Origin: an uncultured delta proteobacterium
GTDB taxonomy: Bacteria; Myxococcota; UBA727; VGSZ01
NCBI GenBank assembly: GCA_963775425.1
Contig: CAVZJB010000013.1
Span: 224,001 to 288,000, forward strand
Reading direction: 5' to 3'
Length of the DNA stretch: 64,000 nucleotides
A program made the position numbers and the translations under genes. The notes under the pieces were generated by a model, which did not search any database, was not told the origin of the DNA, and saw only the letters and a program-made list of their open reading frames with translations. Below, in pieces: positions 39,780 through 52,219 of this stretch (the stretch's first letter is position 1; each line of letters begins with the position of its first letter).

Positions 39780-40513
39780 CGGGCACCTCCCTTCGCGGGG
39801 GCGCCGCCGAAGACGAAGGCCACGCCCGCGTTGATGACGATGGCCCCCTGATCGCCGGGTGCGATCCAGTTCACCACGGCGAAGCGCTGGTTGATGTACG
39901 GCGCGAGCCACTTGCCCTCGACCTGCACGCGCAGCCAGTCGAGGCCCGGATCGATCTGCACGCCCGCGAACGGCGCGAGGAAGAGCTTGCCGTCGTTGGC
40001 GACGGCGTAGAGCGTGCCGCCGCCGTAGAAGAGCTGGTCGCCGAAGACCTTCCAGCTCGCGGTGAGGTCGGTCTGCGACATGCCCCAGAAGTCGAGCGGC
40101 TTGTTGCCCGACAGGGCGTCGCCCTGAAGGACGTTGGTGAAGCCGTAGAGCTTCTCCGACACCGTCAGGGCGGGGCCGAACGGGTCGGGCTGGTCGTTGA
40201 GCTGGTAGGCCGCGCCGACGTGGGCGCCGAGGACGCCGAAGGCGAGCGGCAGCAGGTGCACGCCGTAGCCGACGTCGAAGTGGTGGGCGACGCCGTGCCT
40301 GCCCTCGAGGGTGACGTGGGGCATCGGGATCTTGCCGACGCCGGGCACGTCGAGGAGCGGCCCGCCCACGGTGGCGGCCAGCGCGTGCTGCCCGGGCTCG
40401 AGCGGTCGCGCCTCGTTGAGCGTGGAGCAGCCGGCGCCGACGACGACGACGGCCGCGGCGAGCGTCACGCCGGCGAAGGCCCGGCGCGCGAGGGGGAAGA
40501 GCGCAGAGAGCAT
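39776..40513 (-). CDS. Hypothetical lipoprotein, possibly outer-membrane beta-strand rich
   Basis: Lipobox GAG-C, ARPLEPG motif, alternating aromatic strands, ATGA overlap with the hydrolase gene. Confidence 0.7.
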   Translation of the reverse strand: MLSALFPLARRAFAGVTLAAAVVVVGAGCSTLNEARPLEPGQHALAATVGGPLLDVPGVGKIPMPHVTLEGRHGVAHHFDVGYGVHLLPLAFGVLGAHVGAAYQLNDQPDPFGPALTVSEKLYGFTNVLQGDALSGNKPLDFWGMSQTDLTASWKVFGDQLFYGGGTLYAVANDGKLFLAPFAGVQIDPGLDWLRVQVEGKWLAPYINQRFAVVNWIAPGDQGAIVINAGVAFVFGGAPAKGGAR

Positions 40514-40542
40514 GCGCGCCGTTAGCGCCGGCGGAGGTTCGC

Positions 40543-40548
40543 TACAAT
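40543..40548 (+). promoter_or_regulatory. Putative -10 box (TACAAT), leaderless
   Basis: 6 nt before GTG 40555 in a 41-bp divergent gap. Confidence 0.55.
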
Positions 40549-40554
40549 CGCGGC

Positions 40555-41460
40555 GTGAGCGCAGCGCCCGTCCGCCCGACGCCCGAGAGCCCCGCCGGGG
40601 GCACACCGCCCGGGGACGACGAGCTGCTCGCCGCCGCCGTGGCGCTGTCGGGCGGGCGCGTCGCCGTCCTCACCGGCGCCGGCATCTCCACCGAGTCCGG
40701 CATCCCCGACTACCGCGGCGCCGGCACCCGCGCCCGCGCGCGCCGGCCCATGCGCTTCTCCGAGTTCACGAGCGGCGACGACGCGCGCCGCCGCTACTGG
40801 GCGCGCGCCACCGCCGGCTGGCCGCGGGTGCGCGACGCCGTCCCGAACGCCGCCCACCGCGCGCTCGCCGAGCTCGAGGCGCGCGGCCGCGTCGCCGGCG
40901 TCATCACCCAGAACGTCGACGGCCTCCACGGCGCCGCCGGCTCCCGCCGCGTGGTGGAGCTGCACGGCGCGCTGCGCGACGTCGCGTGCCTCGCCTGCGG
41001 CGCCATCAGCGCGCGCGAAGACGTGCACGCGCGCCTGCTCGCGAGCAACCCGCGCTTCGCCGCGGCGCTGGCCCCCGACGGCGCGAGCCCCGACGGCGCG
41101 GGCCCCGACGGCGCGCGCCCCGACGGCGACGTCGAGCTCGCCGGCGCCGTCGTCGACGCCTTCGTCCCCGTCGGCTGCGCCGCGTGCGGCGGCGCGCTCA
41201 AGCCGCGCGTGGTGTTCTTCGGCGAGCGCGTCCCCGCCGCCGCCGTCGCCGAGGCGTGGCGGGTGCTCGACGAGGCCGCCGCGCTCCTCGTCGTGGGCTC
41301 GTCGCTCGAGGTGTTCTCCGGCCGGCGCTTCGTCGAGGAGGCCGCGCGGCGAAAGATGCCCGTGGTCATCGTCAACGCCACGGCCACGCGCGCCGACGCG
41401 CTCGCCACCGTGGTCGTGCGCGGGCGCGCCGGCGCGGTGCTGCCCGCGCTCGCGCGCTGA
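40555..41460 (+). CDS. cobB: NAD-dependent protein deacylase, class II (SIRT4-like) sirtuin
   Basis: GAGISTESGIPDYRG, RYWAR, TQNVDGLH, ELHG, two CxxC, PDGD, KP.VVFFGE, GSSL. Confidence 0.92.
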   Translation: MSAAPVRPTPESPAGGTPPGDDELLAAAVALSGGRVAVLTGAGISTESGIPDYRGAGTRARARRPMRFSEFTSGDDARRRYWARATAGWPRVRDAVPNAAHRALAELEARGRVAGVITQNVDGLHGAAGSRRVVELHGALRDVACLACGAISAREDVHARLLASNPRFAAALAPDGASPDGAGPDGARPDGDVELAGAVVDAFVPVGCAACGGALKPRVVFFGERVPAAAVAEAWRVLDEAAALLVVGSSLEVFSGRRFVEEAARRKMPVVIVNATATRADALATVVVRGRAGAVLPALAR

Positions 41461-41524
41461 TCGAGCGCGGCCGCTCCCTCGGCCGCCCCCTCCGGCCGCC
41501 TCTTGGTCATCGCAGCGATCGCAA

Positions 41525-42853
41525 TCACGGACGGCAGTCGACGCCGAGGCGCGGGCCGACGGCCGCGCAGGCGTCGAGGACCTCGCCGCCGGAGAGGGCG
41601 CGGCCATAGACGAGCACCGCGGCGACGTCGCCGCGCAGGCGGCCGGACTCCGCGTGCGTGCTGCGGATCATGGTGCCGACCCCGAGGACGCTGATGGGGG
41701 CGGGGGCGGGCGGGACCGAGATGCTCTCTTCGACGTCGAGCGCGCCGTCGACGTAGATGCGGCGCACGGCCTGATCGTAGGTCACGGCGATCTGGTGCCA
41801 ATCGCCGTCGTCCACGGCGCGGCTGCCGACGAGCGGGTGGTTGAGGCTCGTCGGATCTTCCTCGAAGTCGGTGCCGGTGACGCCCCCCGCCGCGACGCCG
41901 AGCGCGTAGTTTTCGTCGAGCGGGGGCTGCTCCTGCTCGGCGGCGCCGCGCGTGACGAGCGGGACGATGTCGACGCCGGCGGAGCCGGTGGTGGTGGCGG
42001 AGCCGCCGTCGACGCGGGCGAACACGATCACCGAGAAGCGCGTGGCGCTCCCGATGGTGTCGAGGTCGACGCCGTCATCGGCGCCGTCGAAGGAGAGCCG
42101 CCACGGGTCGGCGGGCGTGCCGGCGCCGCACCAGCCCGAGCCGCCGGCGGCGCAGGCAGGGTCGTCGAAGCCGTGCAGCGCCCCGGGCGCGTGGGCGACG
42201 AGGTCGACCCACGCGGCGTCGTCGGGCGCGGCGCAGCCCGCGCCGGTGGGGCGGGCGGCGTCGAGGTGCACGAGGGCGCCGCTCGGCAGCGCGGGCTCGT
42301 CGACGCGCAGGGTCGGCGCGCTCGCGACGGCCGCGCCGTCGTAGGTCGCCTGGACGGCGGCGGCGCTCCCCGCGCCGGTGCCCGTGACGCTCGCGGTGTA
42401 CGTGCCGTCGCCATGGTCGACGACGGGCCCGAAGGCGAGCGCGCTCGTCCCGCCGCCGCGCGCGAAGACGACGGCGGCGCCGCCGTGGTGGACGGGCGCG
42501 CCGGCGGCGTCGCGCGCGTCGAGCGTGACGCTCGCGACATCGCAGACAAGCACCGAGGAGGCGGACAGCGTGACGACGGAGCGCGGCCCGTCGAGCGCGC
42601 CTTCGCCTTCGCCCTCGCCCTCGCCCTCGCCCTCCCCTTCCCCTTCGCCTTCGCCTTCGCCTTCGCCTTCGCCTTCGCCCTCGCCTTCGCCCTCGCCCTC
42701 GCCTTCGCCCGCCGCGACGCAGGCGCCGAGGGAGCACACGCCGAGCGCGCAGCGGTGGTCGCCGTCGCAGGCCTTGCCGAGCAGATCGACGTCCTGCACG
42801 CAGCCGGCGAGGCCGCTGATGAGGACGCCCAGGGCGAGCGTCGAGGCGCGCAC
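41525..42853 (-). CDS. Lipoprotein with GE linker, invasin-like Ig domain and LamG/concanavalin A-like domain
   Basis: Lipobox LAG-C; GPVVDHGDGTYTA; LSFDGADD, DGDWHQIAVTYD..IYVDG. Confidence 0.8.
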   Translation of the reverse strand: MRASTLALGVLISGLAGCVQDVDLLGKACDGDHRCALGVCSLGACVAAGEGEGEGEGEGEGEGEGEGEGEGEGEGEGEGEGEGEGALDGPRSVVTLSASSVLVCDVASVTLDARDAAGAPVHHGGAAVVFARGGGTSALAFGPVVDHGDGTYTASVTGTGAGSAAAVQATYDGAAVASAPTLRVDEPALPSGALVHLDAARPTGAGCAAPDDAAWVDLVAHAPGALHGFDDPACAAGGSGWCGAGTPADPWRLSFDGADDGVDLDTIGSATRFSVIVFARVDGGSATTTGSAGVDIVPLVTRGAAEQEQPPLDENYALGVAAGGVTGTDFEEDPTSLNHPLVGSRAVDDGDWHQIAVTYDQAVRRIYVDGALDVEESISVPPAPAPISVLGVGTMIRSTHAESGRLRGDVAAVLVYGRALSGGEVLDACAAVGPRLGVDCRP

Positions 42854-42939
42854 GCCCCGAGGATACCGGGTCGAACGCGCGGCGTGGCGTCCCGGGTCGG
42901 GGCCACGCCGGGACGCGGCGCCGGAAGCACGCCGCGCCC

Positions 42940-45900
42940 TCAGAGCGCGTCGACCGAGACCACCTTGAAGCCCACCCATTGCCCGTCGAAGGGCTGCGTG
43001 ACGCCCGGCGCGCTCTCCTGCGTCACGATGCTCTGGCTGTTCTCCGCCTGCTGTCCGTCGGCGGAGACCGTGAAGGTGAGGGTGACGGTGGAGCCGCCGG
43101 TGGCCGTCATGCGCTGCTGGTTGCCGACCTCGAGGGCCTCCGGCCCCGGCGTCGTCGTGGCGTTCACGAAGTACGAGCCGTCGACGTCGGTGGCGACGGC
43201 GACGCTGTCGGCGTTCGCCTCCGGCGTGCCCCCGAGCTTCCAGGCGCCCACCGTGAGGCCGCCGGTGTGCGCTTCGAATTCGACGACGCCGAAGGCGTGC
43301 AAGGTGATCGCGTACTGCGTCGTGGGGGAGCCACCGAGCGTGACGCTCACCTGATCGTCGCTGCCGACGGTGCAAAGGCCACCCGCGCGCGGGTCGTTGC
43401 AGGGGCTCTGCAGCACGACGCCCTGCAAGCCGCTGGCGACGTCCTCGCAGGTGAGCACGCCGTCGCCGGCGAAGCCGGGCTGATCGCACAGGCAGTGCAC
43501 GACGCCGGTGCTGTCGTCGCACGTGGCCACGCCCGCGCACACGGTGGTGGCGCAGCTCTGGCGCGCGCCGCTCTCGCCGTCGGCGGCGATGCGCCACAGG
43601 AACCCGGTGTCGATGTTCAGCGGTCCCTTGAAGTTGACGGTGTCGGACACGATGGGGCCGAGCGTGAAGCCCGACAACAGGCCGCCGAAGTCGCCTGCGG
43701 CAACCACGGTCTCGTCGTCGCCCACCGCGACCCGGCCGGCGAAGACGAAGGGGCCGCTGAACGTGCCCTGGTCCGGGTCGGCGATGGAGGCGAACGTGGT
43801 CCACACGTCCTGGGCGCCCCGCGGTGCGAGCAGGTCGACCCGGGCGGCGAGCAGGCCCCGCTCCTGGGCGGGGAAGGCGACGTCGCCGGGCTCGCCGTTG
43901 TAGTCGCCGAAGATCACCGCCTGCCCCGGCGCGACCACGCCGACGTCGTTGAACGACAGGCTGCCCGCGGGGTCCTGCACGCCGACGACGTACGCGTCCG
44001 GCTGCAGCGCGCCGTTGGCGTCGAAGCGCATGAGCACGGACTGCTCCGAGCCGGCCGCCGCGGGGAACGTGCCGGCGACGGCGTTGAAGGCGTCGAAGAC
44101 CTGGAGCGTGCCGCGCGAGGTGACGGCGACCACGACCTCGTTGCGGGCGCTGTCGACGTCGAGGGCGACCACCGTGGAGCTCTCCGCGGCCATGCGCGCC
44201 GTCCAGTGGATGCCGGTGCCGTCGGAGGTGAGCGCGGCGAGCCAGCCCTGGCCGGTCTGCGTGAGGTCGCCGACGACGGCGCCGCTGAACAGCACGCCGT
44301 CGTTGTAGTCGCCGCCGACCACCACGTCGCCGTTCGGCATCACAGCGACGTCGTTGCCGCGCGCCGTGCCGGGGGGCGCCGCGCCGAGGCCGCTGTCGGC
44401 GCCCGCCGCGCGCGCCCACACGCCGCTGCCGTCGGCGGCCACGACCGCGACGAACGCGTCGCTGCCGCCCGGCGTGGGCGTCGGCAACGCGCCGAGGCCC
44501 GTGACCGGCTCGAAGGTCCCGTCGTACTCGCCGGTGACGACGATGCCGCCGGGCGCGACGCCGGCGGCGTCGGCGATCTCGGGCTCCACCCCGCCCGTGG
44601 ACGGGCCGAACGCGATCGAGGGCCCGGCGAAGGTGCCGAACTCATCGAGGAAGACGTAGTAGACGCCGCCGACGCCGCCGCCGTCGACGGTGTCGAGGGT
44701 GCCGAGGGCGTCGCTGAAGTCGACGGGGCCCTGGAGATCGCCCGCCGCGACGAAGCCGCCGCTCGCGAGCGCCACCGCGCTGGACGCGCTCACGCTCGAC
44801 TGACCGCTCGGAACGGCGGTGGCCGCGAACGAGCACGTCGATCCGTCGAGCCGCGTGCCGGCGAAGAAGGAGAACGGGAAGCCGCCGCCGTCGATGAAGC
44901 AGCGCGTCGACGGGTCGAGCAGGGTGACGCCGTCGGCGCTGTTGCCGACGACGAACAGCGTGGGGCCGGACGCGGCGAGCCCGCGGATCTCGCTCGGGCC
45001 GTCGTCGGGGAGGCCCGAGCGCGTCGCGACGAGGTACGGGCGCCCCGCGGTGACGGGGGCGAGGGCGAGCGCGGGGAGCGGGCCGTCGCCGATGTTGCTG
45101 TCGCCGGTGAACACGGGGGCGGCGTCGGCGGTGACGAAGCCGAAGATGAACTGCGTGACGAGGTCGCTGTCGTCCGTGGAGACCCACAGATCGCCGGCGC
45201 TGCCGAAGGCGAGCCCGGTGGGGCGCCACTGCGCGTGGGTGAGCGGGCCGGCGGGGTTCGCGAAGGCCGCGCCGTCGCCGGTGAACAGGAAGCGCAGCAC
45301 GTCGCCGCCGTCGGCGTTGGCGACGAACAGCTCGCCGAAGCGCGAAAACGCGAGGCCCTGCGGGCCGTCGACCCCGGCGCTGATGGAGCCGTTGGCGACG
45401 GCGCCGGTGTCGTCGACGAGGTAGCGGTCGACGCGATCGCCGCCGGCGACGGCGGTGTCGGTGCTCACGAACAGCTCGCCGGTGAGCGGGTCGACCGCGA
45501 CGCCCGTGGGCAGCCCGTCGGCGGCGAGGGAGAAGCTGCCGTTCGGCGTGAGCCCGCCGTCTTGCGCGACGAGGAAGCGCGCCATGACGCCGGTCTTGTC
45601 GGCGACGAACAGCTCCGCGCCGCCGGCGCCGCCGGTGCGCACCGCGGCGCGGGTGGGGGCCTCGAGGACGGTGCCCGGGGAGCTCGTCTCGGCGAGCGTG
45701 AAGCCGCCCGAGGGCGAGACCACGCGGGTGAACGACGGCGGGCCGGAGACGCGCTGGTCGATCACCAGCAGATCGCCGTTCGGCAGCAGCACCATGTCCT
45801 GCGGGGCATCGAAGACATTGAGGTCGATGTCGATGTCGTTGCTCTGGTCGGCCCGCTCCCGGAACAGCCCGGGGCCGCCGTCCGCGTTCTCGGAGAACAG

Positions 45901-47922
45901 GCCGAGGAGCTGCTCCTCGACGATGCCGTCCTGCGAGAAGTCGCCGTCGCGGTCGATGTCGCACGCGTCGCCGATGCCGTCGCCGTCGGGGGCGTCGGCC
46001 TGGTCGGCGTTCGGGAAGAACACGCAGTTGTCGCAGGCGTCGCCGACGCCGTCGACGTCGGTGTCGGTCTGATCGACGTTGCTGACGGCGGCGCAGTTGT
46101 CGATGGCGTCGGGGACCCCGTCGCCGTCGCCGTCGGTGTTGGGCGCGACCTGGACATCGAGCGCGTACGAAAACGCCGACGTCGCGTCGGCGCCGCCGCC
46201 GACGCACACGAATTGCGTTCCCGCGCTCGGGGGCACGAGCACGACGCGGGAGCACTTGCCGGCACCGCCGTCGTCGTCGAAGCCGATCTCCGTGTCGCCG
46301 TCGGTGCCGAACACGCGCAGCGTGGAGTCGAGCAGCGACGCCGCGCAGGCGCCGTCGCCGCGGTCGAGCACCTCGGCCGCGAGGAAGTCGCCGTCCGCGG
46401 TGCTCACCGAGACACAGTCGACGTCGCCGGCGCCGGCGGTGCCGCGGAAGGGGGCGGCGAAGGCGTTGGCGTGGGCGGTGTCGTCGTTGGGCTCGACCTC
46501 GGTGTCGGGCTCCCCTTCGCCTTCTCCTTCTCCTTCTCCTTCTCCTTCGCCTTCGCCCTCGCCTTCGCCCTCGCCTTCGCCCTCGCCTTCGCCTTCGCCG
46601 GGGTGGATGTCGTCGCAGGCGTCGGCGGTGCAGGAGCCGGCGCAGCAGGGGTTGTCGTCGACGGGGGAGCACAGGCCGTCGCCGTCGGGGTCGACGCGCG
46701 TGCACAGCCCGAGGCACGCGGGCTCGAGCGGGTCGGGGAGGCCGTCGCCGTCGTCGTCGCAGTCGCGGCCGTTGCAGCGGTTCTCGGACGGCGGCGCGCC
46801 GTCGGCGCCGGGGGCGGTGCAGGCGGCGACGCAGCCGGCGAGGTCGGCGCGCGCGATGCTGAGGGCGCCGTCGCCGTCGCGGTCGAGGGGCGCGTCGGCG
46901 TCGCACGGGTCGGTGCCGGCGAGCATCAGGGTCCACGTGGGGGGCGCGTGGCCGGGCAGCGGCGACACGGGGGGCGTCTGCACGCTGCCGGTGAAGCCGA
47001 ACAGCCCGCCGCCGGCGGCGTAGACGTCCCAGGCGCCCACAGGCAGCTCGACGCCGAGGACGTCGCCGGGGCTGGCGCCGTCGACGGTGACGACGGCGTC
47101 GTCGGGGCTGTGGCCCGCGGGCGTGATGCGCACGTCGACGGAGGCGTCGCCGCCGCTCTCTTCGCCGCCGAGGCGCAAGGACACCTGCGCGGGCGCGGGG
47201 GCGTTCGGATCGACGAGGGCGAGCGTGACGGGGCCGGGGTCGGCGGTGGCGCCGACGACGATGTCGAGGGGGATGACGTCGCTCGCCTGCGCGGGCGTGA
47301 CGTCGTCGCCGGGGAGGAACGCCCAGAGGAGCACGCGGCCGGGGAGCACGCCGGGGACCAGGAACGCGCCGTCTGCGTCGACGGTGACCTCGCCCTCGGT
47401 GGGGAGCGCGGCGTCGTCGACGTCGGCGCCCTGGACGTTGACGAGGTCGTCGGCGGGGAGGTCGGCGCCGGCGCGGAAGACGTAGACGCGGGCGCCGGCG
47501 GCGGGCTCGCCGGCGGCGTCGACGACGGTGGTGCCGGCGATGCGTCCGACCCCGGAGAGGCCGACCTTGCCGAGCAGGACGCTCGTGAGCTTGCCGTCGA
47601 CGACGGTGAGCTTGAACGCGCGGAGCGCGCCGCGCTCGGGGAAGCCGTCGCCGTCGTTGTCCTCGACGAGGCGCATGACCCAGGCGCCGGCGCCGAGGCC
47701 GTTGACCGTGAAGCGCCCGTCGGCGAGCGAGCGGCGGACGATCGACGCGCCCTCGGGGGTGATGCGGGCGAACGACACGGCGACGGCTTGATCCTCGTCG
47801 GTGACCGCGGTGCCGGTGACGTCTCCGGGTTTCACCCCGTTCAGGCGATCGAGCTTGAAGCCGCACCCGGCGGCGGCGACGGCGAGGGACAACGCGATTG
47901 GTGCAAAAACGATACGGCGCAT
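42940..47922 (-). CDS. 1660-aa mosaic surface lipoprotein (carboxypeptidase-regulatory-like, GE linker, PPC-like, thrombospondin type 3 repeats, two beta-propeller-like regions, EGF-like)
   Basis: Lipobox AAG-C after ATG 47922; EVEPNDD; [24 protein letters not shown]; PTGVAVDP and PQGLAF blades; [13 protein letters not shown]. Confidence 0.85.
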   Translation of the reverse strand: MRRIVFAPIALSLAVAAAGCGFKLDRLNGVKPGDVTGTAVTDEDQAVAVSFARITPEGASIVRRSLADGRFTVNGLGAGAWVMRLVEDNDGDGFPERGALRAFKLTVVDGKLTSVLLGKVGLSGVGRIAGTTVVDAAGEPAAGARVYVFRAGADLPADDLVNVQGADVDDAALPTEGEVTVDADGAFLVPGVLPGRVLLWAFLPGDDVTPAQASDVIPLDIVVGATADPGPVTLALVDPNAPAPAQVSLRLGGEESGGDASVDVRITPAGHSPDDAVVTVDGASPGDVLGVELPVGAWDVYAAGGGLFGFTGSVQTPPVSPLPGHAPPTWTLMLAGTDPCDADAPLDRDGDGALSIARADLAGCVAACTAPGADGAPPSENRCNGRDCDDDGDGLPDPLEPACLGLCTRVDPDGDGLCSPVDDNPCCAGSCTADACDDIHPGEGEGEGEGEGEGEGEGEGEGEGEGEGEGEPDTEVEPNDDTAHANAFAAPFRGTAGAGDVDCVSVSTADGDFLAAEVLDRGDGACAASLLDSTLRVFGTDGDTEIGFDDDGGAGKCSRVVLVPPSAGTQFVCVGGGADATSAFSYALDVQVAPNTDGDGDGVPDAIDNCAAVSNVDQTDTDVDGVGDACDNCVFFPNADQADAPDGDGIGDACDIDRDGDFSQDGIVEEQLLGLFSENADGGPGLFRERADQSNDIDIDLNVFDAPQDMVLLPNGDLLVIDQRVSGPPSFTRVVSPSGGFTLAETSSPGTVLEAPTRAAVRTGGAGGAELFVADKTGVMARFLVAQDGGLTPNGSFSLAADGLPTGVAVDPLTGELFVSTDTAVAGGDRVDRYLVDDTGAVANGSISAGVDGPQGLAFSRFGELFVANADGGDVLRFLFTGDGAAFANPAGPLTHAQWRPTGLAFGSAGDLWVSTDDSDLVTQFIFGFVTADAAPVFTGDSNIGDGPLPALALAPVTAGRPYLVATRSGLPDDGPSEIRGLAASGPTLFVVGNSADGVTLLDPSTRCFIDGGGFPFSFFAGTRLDGSTCSFAATAVPSGQSSVSASSAVALASGGFVAAGDLQGPVDFSDALGTLDTVDGGGVGGVYYVFLDEFGTFAGPSIAFGPSTGGVEPEIADAAGVAPGGIVVTGEYDGTFEPVTGLGALPTPTPGGSDAFVAVVAADGSGVWARAAGADSGLGAAPPGTARGNDVAVMPNGDVVVGGDYNDGVLFSGAVVGDLTQTGQGWLAALTSDGTGIHWTARMAAESSTVVALDVDSARNEVVVAVTSRGTLQVFDAFNAVAGTFPAAAGSEQSVLMRFDANGALQPDAYVVGVQDPAGSLSFNDVGVVAPGQAVIFGDYNGEPGDVAFPAQERGLLAARVDLLAPRGAQDVWTTFASIADPDQGTFSGPFVFAGRVAVGDDETVVAAGDFGGLLSGFTLGPIVSDTVNFKGPLNIDTGFLWRIAADGESGARQSCATTVCAGVATCDDSTGVVHCLCDQPGFAGDGVLTCEDVASGLQGVVLQSPCNDPRAGGLCTVGSDDQVSVTLGGSPTTQYAITLHAFGVVEFEAHTGGLTVGAWKLGGTPEANADSVAVATDVDGSYFVNATTTPGPEALEVGNQQRMTATGGSTVTLTFTVSADGQQAENSQSIVTQESAPGVTQPFDGQWVGFKVVSVDAL

Positions 47923-48201
47923 CCCTTGACCGTAGCGCGACATGCCCCTTTGGAGGTACGGGCCGCGCCGCCTGGCGCAGATGTCGCCCCGAACGGATAG
48001 CTGAACTGTCACCCATCTCTTGTCCGCGCCCGCGCCGTCGAGGTCCGATGTCCGCCGGCCGCGATCCGCTTGCCGCCGGCCGACAAGCCGACCCGATGTC
48101 GCTTTGGCGCAGCTCGTGTCCCTCGATTCGTCGTTCCGCGGGTCCTCAATCTCTCCCGCGTCGCCCGTCGCGCATCCCCGATCGGGCCGGGTGCGACAGA
48201 T

Positions 48202-48258
48202 GCGGGGGACGAGCCCCCGCCCTACGCTCGGACCGTAGGGCGCGGGCTTGTCCCCCGC
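48202..48258. repeat. Inverted pair of type A REP hairpins (48202-48225 minus, 48235-48258 plus)
   Basis: The two GTAG ends face each other 9 bp apart. Confidence 0.85.
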
Positions 48259-48356
48259 GTCGGAGAGACGGCTGCGTCGACGACCCGTCGGCGGGGGCTC
48301 TTCTCCCGCATTTCTTGCGACGGCGGCCCTCTTGATTCTGAAGAATGCGCCTCTTC

Positions 48357-48385
48357 GCTCGTGTCCTCGTGTCCTCGTGTCCTCG
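48357..48385. repeat. Short tandem repeat (CTCGTGTC) x3.5
   Basis: Directly visible; a further single copy near 48113. Confidence 0.7.
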
Positions 48386-48569
48386 TTCTGTCGGGCTTTC
48401 GGTCTCTCCCGCAGCTCTCCCATCGCCGTTCCCGGATCGATCGCGCGGCGAAGCTCCGCAGAGCTCCCGCCTTGATGGCCGCGCGCTCGGCGAGCGACTC
48501 GTGGCTGCCCTCGCAGATCACGCGCAACAAATGCTCGTAGCAGACAGCGCGAGCCGAGAGGAGGCGCGT

Positions 48570-50895
<2,326 letters not shown>

Positions 50896-50967
50896 CGTCG
50901 CACCCTACGGCGCCGGCGCGCGCCCTCAACCCCCGACGGGTGCGAAAGCTCACGCCGCTCGGCTGAT

Positions 50968-51172
50968 CCGTCGGCGCCGACGCCACGGCGCGGCGCGGGC
51001 AGTACACGCGCGACGTCGGCTACGTCGACGACCCGGCGTCCGCTGCGTCGACGCCCCGGCGTCCGCTGCGTCGACGCCCCGGCGTCCGCTGCGTCGACGC
51101 CCCGTAGGGCGGGGGCTTGTCCCCCGCGTCGGAAAGGCCGTCGCCCCGCCGTGAATGTCGTAACGCCGCTAA
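50968..51172. repeat. Composite REP element with 3 x 23-bp tandem repeat (51032-51103) and type A REP (51104-51127)
   Basis: Unit GGCGTCCGCTGCGTCGACGCCCC starts at 51035, 51058, 51081; flanks align with 8990-9050 and 9290-9320. Confidence 0.82.
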
Positions 51173-51798
51173 GTGCCGCCCCAGAGCTGCTTGACGCGGG
51201 CGTCGCGGCCGCAGCCTTCGCGGTACGCGTGGTACGACGACGGCGAGCGCTTGTAGTAGTCCTGATGGTAGCCCTCGGCGGGCCAGAACGCGTTCGCCTT
51301 CTGGATGATGGTGACGATGGGCGAGTGGAGCACGTTGCTCTTTTCGATCTCCGCCTTCACCTTCTCCGCGGTCTTCTTCTGGACGTCGTTCACGTAGAAG
51401 ATCGCGGTGCGGTACTGCGGCCCGAGGTCGCAGAACTGGCCCGTGGCCTGCGTCGGGTCCACGTGGTGGAAGAAGTACTCGACGAGCTTTTCATACGTGA
51501 CCTTCTTCGGGTCGTAGACCACGCGAACGCTCTCGAAGTGACCGGTCTTGTGCGAGGACACCTGCTCGTAGCTCGGGCTCTTCTCCGGGCCGCCGGTGTA
51601 GCCCGAGGTCACCGAGAGGATGCCGTCACCCATGTGCTCGAAGTCGGACTCCATGCACCAAAAGCAGCCGCCGGCGAACAAAGCGTAGGCGCTGCCCTTG
51701 GGGTCGTCCTTGGGCGTGATGGGCTCGCTGGCGCACGCGGTCGTGGCGAAGGCGGTGGCGAAAGTGACGACGGACACGAACAAGAGCGCGGGCTTCAT
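51169..51798 (-). CDS. msrA: Peptide-methionine (S)-S-oxide reductase with export signal
   Basis: FAGGCFWC, SGYTGG, TGH.E, GQFCD.G.QYR, AEGYHQDYY; N-terminal signal or lipoprotein peptide. Confidence 0.95.
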   Translation of the reverse strand: MKPALLFVSVVTFATAFATTACASEPITPKDDPKGSAYALFAGGCFWCMESDFEHMGDGILSVTSGYTGGPEKSPSYEQVSSHKTGHFESVRVVYDPKKVTYEKLVEYFFHHVDPTQATGQFCDLGPQYRTAIFYVNDVQKKTAEKVKAEIEKSNVLHSPIVTIIQKANAFWPAEGYHQDYYKRSPSSYHAYREGCGRDARVKQLWGGT

Positions 51799-51881
51799 CG
51801 AAATCACCTCTCCGGCATTGTACGGCGCCGCCCGCCCTTGCGTGACACGGGGATCCACGACGACGACGACCGACGCGGGGC

Positions 51882-51904
51882 GTAGGGCGGGGCTCGTCCC
51901 CCGC
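51882..51904 (+). repeat. GTAG-type REP hairpin (type A)
   Basis: GTAGGGCGGGGCTCGTCCCCCGC. Confidence 0.8.
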
Positions 51905-51972
51905 ACTTGGCTCGAGCGGCTCGGACCCGAGGGGCGGCGGGCGCCGAAGGCGCGCGGCGTAGACATTCGCGG

Positions 51973-52219
51973 CGGGGCACGACGTCATCGTCAGCGCACA
52001 CGTCGTCCCGCCGAGAATGTCGTGCCCCGTAGGGCGGGGGCTTGTCCCCCGCGTCGGAAAGGCCAGGCGGACGTTGCCTCCGACGCGCCCCACGAGGGGG
52101 CGCCCTACGTCTCGATGCCGTGCGTGTCGTGTCGCCCCGATGCGAGAACGGCGGGCCAAGACGTCGTCGTCAGCGACGAACGCCGTGCCGCCGACAATGT
52201 CGTGCCGCCGCTCAGCTCA
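51973..52219. repeat. Composite REP element (type A 52029-52052, inverted type B 52085-52108, flanking ~60-bp modules)
   Basis: Collinear with 9130-9325. Confidence 0.82.

Noticed and set aside
42979-48000. 1673-aa plus-strand ORF
   Set aside because: Antisense shadow of the 1660-aa lipoprotein.
51842-51850. Third copy of the GTGACAC sigma motif near msrA
   Set aside because: Wrong strand for msrA and lacks the CGGCACT box at the 13-nt spacing.
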